64,000 bases of DNA from the IMG/VR virus record IMGVR_UViG_3300045971_000344, positions 186,001 through 250,000 of that record. One strand, written 5' to 3'. This document shows, in pieces, positions 30,768 to 39,408 of this stretch (within the stretch, counting starts at the first letter, position 1; every line of letters begins with the position of its first letter). The position numbers were made by a program, and so were the translations under genes. The notes beneath the pieces are model-generated. The model saw only the letters and a program-made list of their open reading frames with translations, ran no database searches and was not told the DNA's origin.

Positions 30768-31346
30768 TTAAAATGTTCCGGAGTCAACTACTTGTGACCA
30801 AGACAAACTACGATCTTTGTTTCCAAATAAAACTGAGCTATCTTCAGATGGTACCGGCAATTCAGGTTGTAGAGCGATTGGGTTATTTGTAGTTAGTGAA
30901 GGATTACTTATACTTAAGTATTTACTGTGCCTAGTTGATTCTACGTTCCTAATTGCGGCAATAAAAAATTCATCTACGCCATTAACAAACATGGAAGTTA
31001 TTGCCATTGTTCCTAAGTCATCTGTTGCACCAATTACTGCCTGTGAACTTTGCAAGGGGTAATCATAAGTTGTCCAGCCGGAGGGCTGTGCTTCTAGCAT
31101 ATCCCATTTTAAGATCACCCTTAAGAAAGCTCCATTGGTAGCCACATCAATAGTTGTTATCTTAAATCTAAGAGCTCCTAATCCTAATAAAGCACAGTCA
31201 GAATAAACTACGTCTCCTAGTTTAGCGTCCATTGCACTGAATACACCAGTGTTATCAATTACAGTTCCCTCTAAAACCCACTCATCTGTAGTTCCACCCA
31301 CAGGGGTGACAGATGAAATATCCAGCCTACCATTTAGCACATTCAT
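30768..31346 (-). CDS. Virion protein; paralog of 28434-29099
   Basis: GTVIDNTGVF...GDVVYS; ends VDSGTF. Confidence 0.7.
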   Translation of the reverse strand: MNVLNGRLDISSVTPVGGTTDEWVLEGTVIDNTGVFSAMDAKLGDVVYSDCALLGLGALRFKITTIDVATNGAFLRVILKWDMLEAQPSGWTTYDYPLQSSQAVIGATDDLGTMAITSMFVNGVDEFFIAAIRNVESTRHSKYLSISNPSLTTNNPIALQPELPVPSEDSSVLFGNKDRSLSWSQVVDSGTF

Positions 31347-31356
31347 CTAACACCCC

Positions 31357-33720
31357 TTAAAACACGAGATTTATCCAACACGGCTGACTGTTCTGCGTAA
31401 ACCCTGTTAGCTTCAGCGTGTGGGAATTTGTTCCAAAATTTCCGAAAACTGTTGACTTATTAGCATACCCTGCTCCATCATCTGAGAAAACTTGAAACTG
31501 TGGACAGTACAGGGTGCTATACGCAGTATACAGAGAGGAAGATACTTCGGCTAAGTCAATGGTTACTCCAGATGTTGCAGTCGACATGTCCGTTGCAGTC
31601 ATGTGGATACTCATACTATGAAGTATCGTATTAGCAGCAACTGAAATCTTAACATCCGTTGTCTGACTACTTCCATCTTTTAGGTATGCTATAGCCGTAG
31701 AATATTCTGTAGGTGCGTCTAAAGATGCTACTGTTGCATAACTATTTGAGGAAGATAAAGGGTTCATTGTATTAGCTGATACACCACAGCGTATTCTAGC
31801 TGTCGTGTAGCCCCCAGTTGAACCTGACCCAGGCAAACCTTGAGGACCTTGTGGTCCTGCTACTGTTGAGGCCGTTCCTTGTGTTCCTTGTGAACCAGTC
31901 AGACCTTGGGGTCCCTGTGAACCTGTGTTACCTTGTGAACCTTGAGGTCCCTGACTTCCAGTCAAACCTTGAGGACCAGTACTACCTTGATTACCGGTTA
32001 CACCGATATTACCCTGACTGCCTTGACTACCGGTCAACCCCTGGTAACCTTGAGTGCCCTGACTACCAGTATTACCTTGATAACCTTGACTACCTTGTGC
32101 TCCAGTAGTTCCCTGTGCTCCTGTTAAACCTTGATAACCTTGAGGGCCTTGACTACCAGTTTGTCCTTGACTACCAGTGTTGCCTTGACTGCCAGTCAAA
32201 CCTTGAGTTCCTTGAGGACCCTGAATACCTTGAGCTCCACTTAAATCGGTAACGTAAGAATAAGCGTTGGATGCCCAAATATATAGTTTAGAATTATCTG
32301 GATCATTAACGTCATTAGTATTAATGACAGCAAATTCGCCGTTACTAATCCCCGTAGGACTAGTGTCCGCCAATAACTGCGCTACAGAAGTATAAACTTT
32401 CGAGACAGTAAAACCTTGTCCTGCAACGCCTTGACTGCCCTGAGGTCCTTGTGCGCCTTGGGATCCAGAAGAACCTTGTGTACCTTGTGTACCTTGAGAA
32501 CCAGTCTGGCCTTGTGATCCAGTTAGTCCTTGAGAACCTTGTGCTCCGACCAGGCCTTGACTCCCAGTTAAACCTTGTGTTCCTTGACTGCCTTGTGTTC
32601 CCTGACTGCCTTGTGTTCCTTCATTTCCTTGTGGTCCAGTTAACCCCTGTTGACCTTGACCTCCAGTGTTGCCTTGATAACCTTGAGGGCCCTGACTTCC
32701 AGTCAAACCTTGGGTTCCAGTTAATCCCTGAGGACCTTGACTTCCAGTATTACCTTGAGCTCCTTGACTACCGGTAAGACCTTGTGCACCTACCTGACCT
32801 TGAGGTCCTTGACTTCCGGTGTTACCTTGTACTCCCTGTGCTCCTGTTAGGCCCTGAGGACCTTGCACTCCAGTATTACCTTGAGTTCCAGTATTTCCCT
32901 GCGATCCTTGACTACCAGTTTGTCCTTGTACTCCCTGTGCTCCTGTTAGGCCTTGAGGACCTTGGACATTAGACGGAGCACCAATTTGTCCTTGGTAACC
33001 TTGGTAGCCCTGATTACCTTGAGTACCAACCGCACCTTGGACACCTTGTGTTCCCTGAGCTCCAGTTATTCCTTGTACGCCTTGAGTGCCCTGAGGTCCT
33101 TGTGCACCGACCGTTCCTTGTACCCCATCTGTTCCTCGGGCAATAAAAAGTTCCCAGTAAACACCGCTAACAGGAGTTTCATTGGTATTGGTAGTCAAAC
33201 AAACCCACGCCTCACCGTTATAGTTAACTATATCGGCTGGTGCATAAGTTGTAATTGATGCCCAATTACCTTTGTAAGATCCAGTTAAGCCAATTGAACC
33301 TTGAATACCTTGAGTTCCTTGTTGACCTTGGATACCCTGAGGTCCTTGATATCCCCTAGGTCCTTGTGCACCTTGAGGACCTGACCCTCCGGATCCACCT
33401 GTGCCTAACTGCTGACCGTTCCACGTTGGGTTGCCCACACCGTCCACGCCCAGCATTTCAAGCGCAGTTCCATTAGTATGAGCGTGCATGGATACAAGTT
33501 TCCAGTTTGCATTGTTAGCATACGCTGCCTGTGTTTCAGTTCCTGTAAACTCAAACTTGTAGTAAGTATTAGTCGAGCGAACAAAAACAATCATCCCTTT
33601 ATAGCGATAACCCGCAGGAATGGCATCCCTCTCAGCAACGGTATTAACGGATTCTCGACTATCCAGTGCCTTGTTGACCACATCAACAAAAATTTGTCCG
33701 CTTATAGGGTTTCCTTTCAT
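31357..33720 (-). CDS. Collagen-like (Gly-X-Gln) fibre protein
   Basis: 787 aa. N-terminal LDSR...RYKGMIVFV domain, about 150 GxQ-type triplets, and a C-terminal domain resembling that of 29113-29697. Confidence 0.85.
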   Translation of the reverse strand: MKGNPISGQIFVDVVNKALDSRESVNTVAERDAIPAGYRYKGMIVFVRSTNTYYKFEFTGTETQAAYANNANWKLVSMHAHTNGTALEMLGVDGVGNPTWNGQQLGTGGSGGSGPQGAQGPRGYQGPQGIQGQQGTQGIQGSIGLTGSYKGNWASITTYAPADIVNYNGEAWVCLTTNTNETPVSGVYWELFIARGTDGVQGTVGAQGPQGTQGVQGITGAQGTQGVQGAVGTQGNQGYQGYQGQIGAPSNVQGPQGLTGAQGVQGQTGSQGSQGNTGTQGNTGVQGPQGLTGAQGVQGNTGSQGPQGQVGAQGLTGSQGAQGNTGSQGPQGLTGTQGLTGSQGPQGYQGNTGGQGQQGLTGPQGNEGTQGSQGTQGSQGTQGLTGSQGLVGAQGSQGLTGSQGQTGSQGTQGTQGSSGSQGAQGPQGSQGVAGQGFTVSKVYTSVAQLLADTSPTGISNGEFAVINTNDVNDPDNSKLYIWASNAYSYVTDLSGAQGIQGPQGTQGLTGSQGNTGSQGQTGSQGPQGYQGLTGAQGTTGAQGSQGYQGNTGSQGTQGYQGLTGSQGSQGNIGVTGNQGSTGPQGLTGSQGPQGSQGNTGSQGPQGLTGSQGTQGTASTVAGPQGPQGLPGSGSTGGYTTARIRCGVSANTMNPLSSSNSYATVASLDAPTEYSTAIAYLKDGSSQTTDVKISVAANTILHSMSIHMTATDMSTATSGVTIDLAEVSSSLYTAYSTLYCPQFQVFSDDGAGYANKSTVFGNFGTNSHTLKLTGFTQNSQPCWINLVF

Positions 33721-33778
33721 TCGTACCCCCTAACGATAAAGTTACCTTGTCCCATAAAGGTCCTCCAATAGTTATTGT

Positions 33779-34366
33779 TTAAATAATGTAGCGTATTGTT
33801 TTACCACTTAAAGACAGGCAAGGATCTGCTGTAAAGTACACATAAAAGTCAACACCATCATAAGTAACTTCTCTAGGAAGGACTTCGTAAGATGCAAGAA
33901 TAGAAGCATAGCTAAAATTAGGATCCTGGACGTCAACAATAGGCCCATAGCTCTTAGGATAAGCAAAGGTCCTATAAGTTACATTAGACGTATAGATAAC
34001 ATCTTTAGGTCCACCTTGCCATTGCATGGTTGTCAAACCCGCAAAGAATCCTGGAGGGTCAAGTATTGGATCATTAGTAAGTACGTCCCCAAAATAGACG
34101 TTGGTTGCAACATTATTTGTGAATCTAAAAATTACATCCAGTGCTTCGGACACAGTCCTCACGTCTACTTGCTCATTGAAACGATTAGAGAATGCCGATC
34201 TAACATAGGGCATTTCAGAAGCGGAAACTGGACGTCCGCCGGGTGTTACACCATCACCTACCCAAAGTTGTAATACATCTGTACACCATACGAGCTCACC
34301 ATTAGCAAAGACCACCCCAACTCGCTCAGAGTTTGTTCCTCTTCTGACCTGAATACAATTTGACAT
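33779..34366 (-). CDS. Mtd-N-like domain virion protein
   Basis: IQVRRGT...GELVWCTDVLQLWVGDG.T.GG. Confidence 0.7.
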   Translation of the reverse strand: MSNCIQVRRGTNSERVGVVFANGELVWCTDVLQLWVGDGVTPGGRPVSASEMPYVRSAFSNRFNEQVDVRTVSEALDVIFRFTNNVATNVYFGDVLTNDPILDPPGFFAGLTTMQWQGGPKDVIYTSNVTYRTFAYPKSYGPIVDVQDPNFSYASILASYEVLPREVTYDGVDFYVYFTADPCLSLSGKTIRYII

Positions 34367-34385
34367 AGACTATTCTTCCTTTCCT

Positions 34386-34619
34386 TTATTGTATTGTTCC
34401 ACCATCGTACTTAACACTGTCAACAGGATACACATCCTGAATTAAGCCCCCATCTATGTGCTCCATTAGATGGGTGAAGCGATCCCTACAGGTTCCACCA
34501 TCTATTAAGGCATGTAGGTTAAACAGATTCCTAGGTATAGTGTCTGCGGCAGTATATTCAGACAGGGCAATAACATTACCTTGTCCATCATATACCAGTT
34601 TAACCGGATATATGTCCAT
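34386..34619 (-). CDS. Small virion adaptor with three DGG motifs
   Basis: Start reassigned to ATG 34619 (AAAGGGG RBS). Contains LIDGG, HIDGG and KYDGG. Confidence 0.6.
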   Translation of the reverse strand: MDIYPVKLVYDGQGNVIALSEYTAADTIPRNLFNLHALIDGGTCRDRFTHLMEHIDGGLIQDVYPVDSVKYDGGTIQ

Positions 34620-34719
34620 TATGGATACCCCTTTATGTTTATATACATATAAATTATGTATTGTTTGTTCTATATTGATTATGAAATACGTAGCAAAATT
34701 AAAGAATCTTAATTTTCGG

Positions 34720-35300
34720 GGCGCCGCGCTAAGTGTTGCATCCCGCACGCTGTGCTAGCACAGCGTGCTTTCAATAAGCATCTAGATCCGGTTCTGCTAG
34801 CGATACTCAACAAAGTGAAGTATATAGTGCTTCTGAGCTAGCTCAGAAGCTAAAGGTAAGCGTGGTTAGATTTGGAAAATGCTAAGAAAGGAAGGATAAA
34901 GGGAAGTGATAAGCGAAGTAAGTACAGCAATAAGTAAAGTACCGCCGAAGGCGGATTGAAAATCCCAAAAAAAAAAAAAAAGAAAAGCTTTCCAGATTTT
35001 AGGTACAGTGAGGGTTTTATGGAAAGGGCCTAGTGAACCTAGTGAGGTTAGAGCTATCCATTACCGCCCTACCACCGCACCTTTCACACTGTCCTCATGC
35101 TCTTTCAATCTTTTCCCTTTTGTACTGTTCCTTGTACCCTAACTCCCAGGTTATCGATCTTACGGCAGACTACGTCTGCCATGTCTCGAGCTAAGCTCTC
35201 AACATTTGAGAAACTTCGTTTCTCTAGCATTGTTTATCATTGTGAGACAATGCGCGGTCGCAAGAAATCCCGCGGAAACGGGATTTACTGATAAAATTAC
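34720..35300. other. Candidate replication origin / structured DNA control region
   Basis: Perfect 24-bp and 22-bp palindromes centred on GCTAGC, C-GNA-G triloop hairpins on opposite strands, an A15 run and a purine-skew inversion, all close to the coding-strand switch. Confidence 0.5.
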
Positions 35301-35374
35301 AAATAAACATAAAAATTATAAAAAATACAAGTAATTTATGTATTTCTATAGGATTTTATGAGAATTCGGGTACA

Positions 35375-36870
35375 ATTATCAGGGTGTTGGGTTATGGTCT
35401 CCAGGTCGTGCATTACAACCACAAGCTTGAGTCATAAGCTAGTACCAAACACCTCCTACACGGACGGTTTACTTTCATCTGGAACAGCACCCTTATTTAG
35501 CGAGGAGTGCCACCCTCGACTACCTGACTCTTAGGTACTTGCCTAAGACTCTCGTATCCTCTTGTCGGATACGGCCACGCTGGTAGTTTTTGTTCTATAA
35601 ACAGTGTTGGAATATTATTCCGCAGTTCATAGAACGTTGCGTGGTCTACATGCCAGGACATGTTAGATTAGATACCTGGTCCCATTACCTAGCCTTCAAT
35701 TCATAAGTATTCGGTGCGCTTTCGGTACACACCTACATATATTGTTTTAAGCTCATCCTTATGAGCAAAATACTTATGTTCTTGAAGATCGCAACCCTTG
35801 GGGTTAGGGCTCCCCAGTCTGATGGATTCTTATCGTACTTGGTCTAAACAAGTTAGAACCCTGTTTCCGATAGTCATTTCGTGCCAATGTACTTTCGTAG
35901 CGCAGGTCTCGATGGACCCGACTATTGGCCTTATCGCTGTTACGGAAGTAACGATCTTCCTACAGCTCATTCCATTGTGCTGGTAATAGTGAGTAGGGTG
36001 AGTACCTTTATACTCTGATATTAGGCATTGTCCACATTTTGTGTGGTAATGGAAGACATTATCTGCATAAGCACATTGCGTAGCGGTAGTTAGCCCCTCG
36101 CTTCCGTGGTCTCCATGTGGGACTCAATCCCACCTCCCGAGTATGACAATTGCGGTCGCCTTTAATCTCGGACATAGCCTTTCTCTAGATCTTATCTGTG
36201 CGTATCTGCGATGTGCTTAAACGCCATTCATACCTTTATACTCAACCTAGGTCACTATGCCTATATCTGAAGAGTAAACCTGGAGAATTTTTACAGATTT
36301 TAAAAATCTACGTGCGTTTGATCCGCGTTCAGGTACAGTGTACCCTTCGACTTACGCCTCGTTTTCGTAGATCTTTCGGTGGATCCAAAGCCACCATAAC
36401 CCAAACAACTCAGAATGAAAACCTGATTACCGCAACATTACGCCCTTGGGTTAAAACCTCCGGGGCAGCCCGAGTATCGTAGTACCTACTATTTCCTGTA
36501 GGTTAGCATTGGGCTATGCCTTCTCGTGACTGTGTTGCCTTCATCCTCGGATAATCAGTGATCCTGATTTGCACTATTAGACTCGGATATATAACGCATC
36601 ATATCTACTTAGATTTGGTTAAACCGTCTTTAGGATAGACGATAAGACCGATTGAAGTTTACGAAACTTATCACATAACGGACAGGTTCTTTAAAGGAGA
36701 ATAGTCAGAAAAACCTTGTGGGGTTTGTAGGGGCTCGCGCATCCTACTTCCTCTGTGAGGCATTCGTAAAGTTCCCGCTCAATGCCCGCGGTACTAATGC
36801 TCTTGGTACAGCGTACTCATAACTGGTTACAACAAGACAGTTGTCTCCACTTATCAGGACGATGTACTTC
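35375..36870 (-). ncRNA. Candidate very large (~1.5 kb) structured non-coding RNA of unknown class
   Basis: No credible long ORF. More than 25 hairpins seen by eye. G-U pairs and GNRA loops favour the minus strand. A 12-bp perfect long-range helix joins 36393-36404 and 35387-35398. A CGTAATTTG motif lies upstream. Confidence 0.7.
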
Positions 36871-36901
36871 TCTTATTTACATTATTCACTCGTTGTATAA
36901 A

Positions 36902-36910
36902 CAAATTACG
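36902..36910 (-). promoter_or_regulatory. Putative late-type promoter for the large ncRNA (CGTAATTTG)
   Basis: Matches the RTAATTT motif seen upstream of virion operons. Confidence 0.4.
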
Positions 36911-36951
36911 TAGTTCAGCAATGACGTTAAAAAATACGTCTAGTGTGTACC

Positions 36952-36994
36952 TAGTACAACCCAGTAACGCTTATGACTTTACTGGGTTGTACTA
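36952..36994. repeat. Perfect 16-bp inverted repeat downstream of the RuvC-like gene
   Basis: TAGTACAACCCAGTAA-N11-TTACTGGGTTGTACTA. Confidence 0.85.
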
Positions 36995-37016
36995 CATTAA
37001 GTAACTATAATCTTAA

Positions 37017-37652
37017 TTATTTTTTAATGATACAGGTTTTAATGCGAGGTTTGGATATTCTTTTTGCTTTCTTAGCAGCCTTTGCTTCTTCGTCTACTCT
37101 AAAGCCTATTTCTTTCAAACCAGCTATTATACGTCCTACGTTCCTATCGCTAAGCGTGCTATAGGGTTTTACACCTAAATGAGAGTATAACCCATACAGG
37201 GCGATAAAGGTGGAGTCTACTAGGTGAGGTGGACAGGGCTTTACTTCTGCATAGATTTCTGATAGGTCGTAATAGCGTTTTATCTGAGATTTCCAAGTAA
37301 CAGCGGGAATAACAGTACAGACAGTTGACTTTAATTGTAGAGCAGTTACCGCAAGCATACAAGTAATCGCTTCTCCTAACTGGACCAGTCCACCCCTCGG
37401 CATGAATCTCTCGGCTATCCAGATATCCGGGTAGCCATGTTCAGTTATAAGGGCCTTTACACTTCGTCTATATTTAGTCAAGACCTTTCTAAAGTTGGTC
37501 TTTATATCCGTTGGAACAATGGGATTAGCTACCATCCAGGACTTTAACGAGACTATCCTAAAGGTATTATCTTTAGTAAGTTGTACGGTTAATAGTGTAC
37601 GCCCATAGTTTACCGTTGCAGGGTCATCTCCAAGAATAACATATTTTTTCAT
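37017..37652 (-). CDS. RuvC-like (RNase H fold) Holliday junction resolvase
   Basis: Motifs ILGDDPATVNYG, IAERF, PAVTWK and HLVDS, plus a basic C-terminal tail. Confidence 0.7.
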   Translation of the reverse strand: MKKYVILGDDPATVNYGRTLLTVQLTKDNTFRIVSLKSWMVANPIVPTDIKTNFRKVLTKYRRSVKALITEHGYPDIWIAERFMPRGGLVQLGEAITCMLAVTALQLKSTVCTVIPAVTWKSQIKRYYDLSEIYAEVKPCPPHLVDSTFIALYGLYSHLGVKPYSTLSDRNVGRIIAGLKEIGFRVDEEAKAAKKAKRISKPRIKTCIIKK

Positions 37653-37741
37653 AGCCCACACTCACTCTCAAAAGAAAAATTACATAATTTATTATTAAAT
37701 ATACAATCATAATCAAATTACAAACAAAGTGGGGGGCCTAT

Positions 37742-38809
37742 ATGGTCCAACGAATATCACATAAAAACCCAATTAACGCTAAAAACTTCACAGCAAAGTT
37801 GGCAGAACAGCGTAGAATTGAGATACAAAAGGCGCGTCAAAATTTCCAACAAAACTCTTTCTTGGTTGACAGCCCAGTAATTATATATTACTCTCAGATC
37901 AGAAATGGCTATACCTGTACGTGCCACGCTTATGAAAAGCCAGTAGAGGCGGAGAACGTACTAACTGTGGAGCCCACACTGGTTAATCATACTAATAAGG
38001 TTACAGAGATTTCGTACTCTACGCTGTCCAAGTCTCCGATGTTTGGATCATCTCTCCCTGTAGAGTCCAATATAGAAGACCTTTTATTGGATGATACCGA
38101 GACTGCTGAATCAAGTTCTACCCACCCATTATTTGGGACGCTCTTCAATAAAGGTTCTGATTGTGGGATTTGTATGAGGACAGGATTTAGCCCCTTATTT
38201 AGTCCCGTGGGTCGCCAGTTCTATGCTCTTACTACACATAATGTGTCTAACCTGGACGGGTATTATGTGGATACAACAGCAACCCCTCATTTATTTAAGC
38301 ACATACCTGAGGGACGTTCTTTATTTACATTTAAGGTACCCAAGTATTTCAAGACCTGTTCTTACAGGATTTTTAATAACGTACAGCCCTTGGAAGAAAA
38401 TCTCTATGTGGGGGCCGTTGCGCTAAATAAAGACCTGCTGAATTTAGCACGTGGGCAGGAATTAGTTGTGGAAATCCGTAACAAGGACTTTACTCATGTC
38501 TTTATTGAGTTCGATCTAGGTGTAGAGACTCACGCCAATTTTCCTCAGTTTTCTGTCTCAAAGGATTACACTTCGTTTTTCAATCTACAGTCAGTGTCAA
38601 TTGAGCTCCCTCCTTCAATGGGGAACTGTCAGGTGAATGATATTGTGTATGCTCCACAATGGAGTCGTTCTTGGCTAGTGTTTGATGTTCAGCCAAAATG
38701 GGAGGGGCCGAATCAGACAGTATTACTGGGTACAACCGTACAAGGTAGATTAATCCAGCCCCTAGAAACATTTTCAATATTAAGATCATTAAGACCAATA
38801 GAAAGGTAG
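37742..38809 (+). CDS. Putative virion structural (neck/head-closure-like) protein with a zinc-binding motif
   Basis: CTC...CGICMRTGF motif; 355 aa. Function inferred. Confidence 0.5.
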   Translation: MVQRISHKNPINAKNFTAKLAEQRRIEIQKARQNFQQNSFLVDSPVIIYYSQIRNGYTCTCHAYEKPVEAENVLTVEPTLVNHTNKVTEISYSTLSKSPMFGSSLPVESNIEDLLLDDTETAESSSTHPLFGTLFNKGSDCGICMRTGFSPLFSPVGRQFYALTTHNVSNLDGYYVDTTATPHLFKHIPEGRSLFTFKVPKYFKTCSYRIFNNVQPLEENLYVGAVALNKDLLNLARGQELVVEIRNKDFTHVFIEFDLGVETHANFPQFSVSKDYTSFFNLQSVSIELPPSMGNCQVNDIVYAPQWSRSWLVFDVQPKWEGPNQTVLLGTTVQGRLIQPLETFSILRSLRPIER

Positions 38810-38818
38810 GTGAGTTAA

Positions 38819-39394
38819 GTGTCTACGGTATCTCAAGAAGAAAAAGAAAGAGAGAAGCTGATTAATCAGTTTGTAATTCGGGTCTTTAAGCTCCGAGCAA
38901 AGAATATTCCTCAGGAATACATCGAAATAAAGCTCAAGGCTTTTATTCGGGCACGTGGTAAGAAGTGGAGTCCTAGGCTCCAGTTACTCTTTGATTCCTC
39001 CATGAAAAAAGATATTCCTCAGAGCGTGCTTCGTAAGCTCAATTTACTAGAACCAAAGATCAAGCCTAACGCTAAGCAACAACAGGAGCACGAGCCTAAT
39101 ATAAAGCCAAAGCGTAAATATAGGCAGGACCGTGTAGATGAGTTTGAAGAAGAATTTGATGATCCTCGTTATGACTATCCTATTGAGGCAATACCAGAGG
39201 TAACTAGAACGTGCACCAAGTGCAATAATAAGTTCGTACAGAATAAGGATTACGTTAATCGTATGCTGTGTCCAAAGTGTGATGCTTGGTCAAAAAACAT
39301 CTTTTCTATAAATAATATTTATGCTTCTTCGGATGAGATAATTGACCAACAGCAAGATAAAAAACATAAGGCACTGAAAATACGTCCATTATAA
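38819..39394 (+). CDS. Hypothetical protein with zinc ribbon
   Basis: CTKC...CPKC. Confidence 0.6.
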   Translation: MSTVSQEEKEREKLINQFVIRVFKLRAKNIPQEYIEIKLKAFIRARGKKWSPRLQLLFDSSMKKDIPQSVLRKLNLLEPKIKPNAKQQQEHEPNIKPKRKYRQDRVDEFEEEFDDPRYDYPIEAIPEVTRTCTKCNNKFVQNKDYVNRMLCPKCDAWSKNIFSINNIYASSDEIIDQQQDKKHKALKIRPL

Positions 39395-39408
39395 GAGGAG
39401 TAAAATAT

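Noticed and set aside
18132-33258. Many plus-strand and alternative-frame ORFs over the collagen and EITAR genes (e.g. 24538-25461)
   Set aside because: These are shadows of repetitive coding sequence.
24436-33720. Periodic DNA repeats considered as a CRISPR array or DGR template/variable repeats
   Set aside because: The repeats are in-frame protein repeats with synonymous variation. There are no unique spacers, no adenine-specific TR/VR pair and no reverse transcriptase in the window, despite the Mtd-N-like domains.
35668-35681. GATTAGATACCTGGT resembles the conserved 16S rRNA motif GGATTAGATACCCTGGT, and the structured region is 16S-sized
   Set aside because: Other universal 16S motifs are absent or out of order, and the match is on the strand disfavoured by the G-U/GNRA evidence. 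About one 11-mer match between two 1.5 kb sequences is expected by chance.
35097-36482. Short plus-strand ORFs 35097-35291, 35798-35986 and 36198-36482
   Set aside because: They lack clear RBSs, have atypical composition and overlap dense RNA or DNA secondary structure.
35860-36710. Group I intron P7-like GACTA/TAGTC pairs, or a group II intron
   Set aside because: AATAGTC has a closer local partner, no domain V or GUGYG boundary was found, and there is no interrupted host gene on the minus strand.
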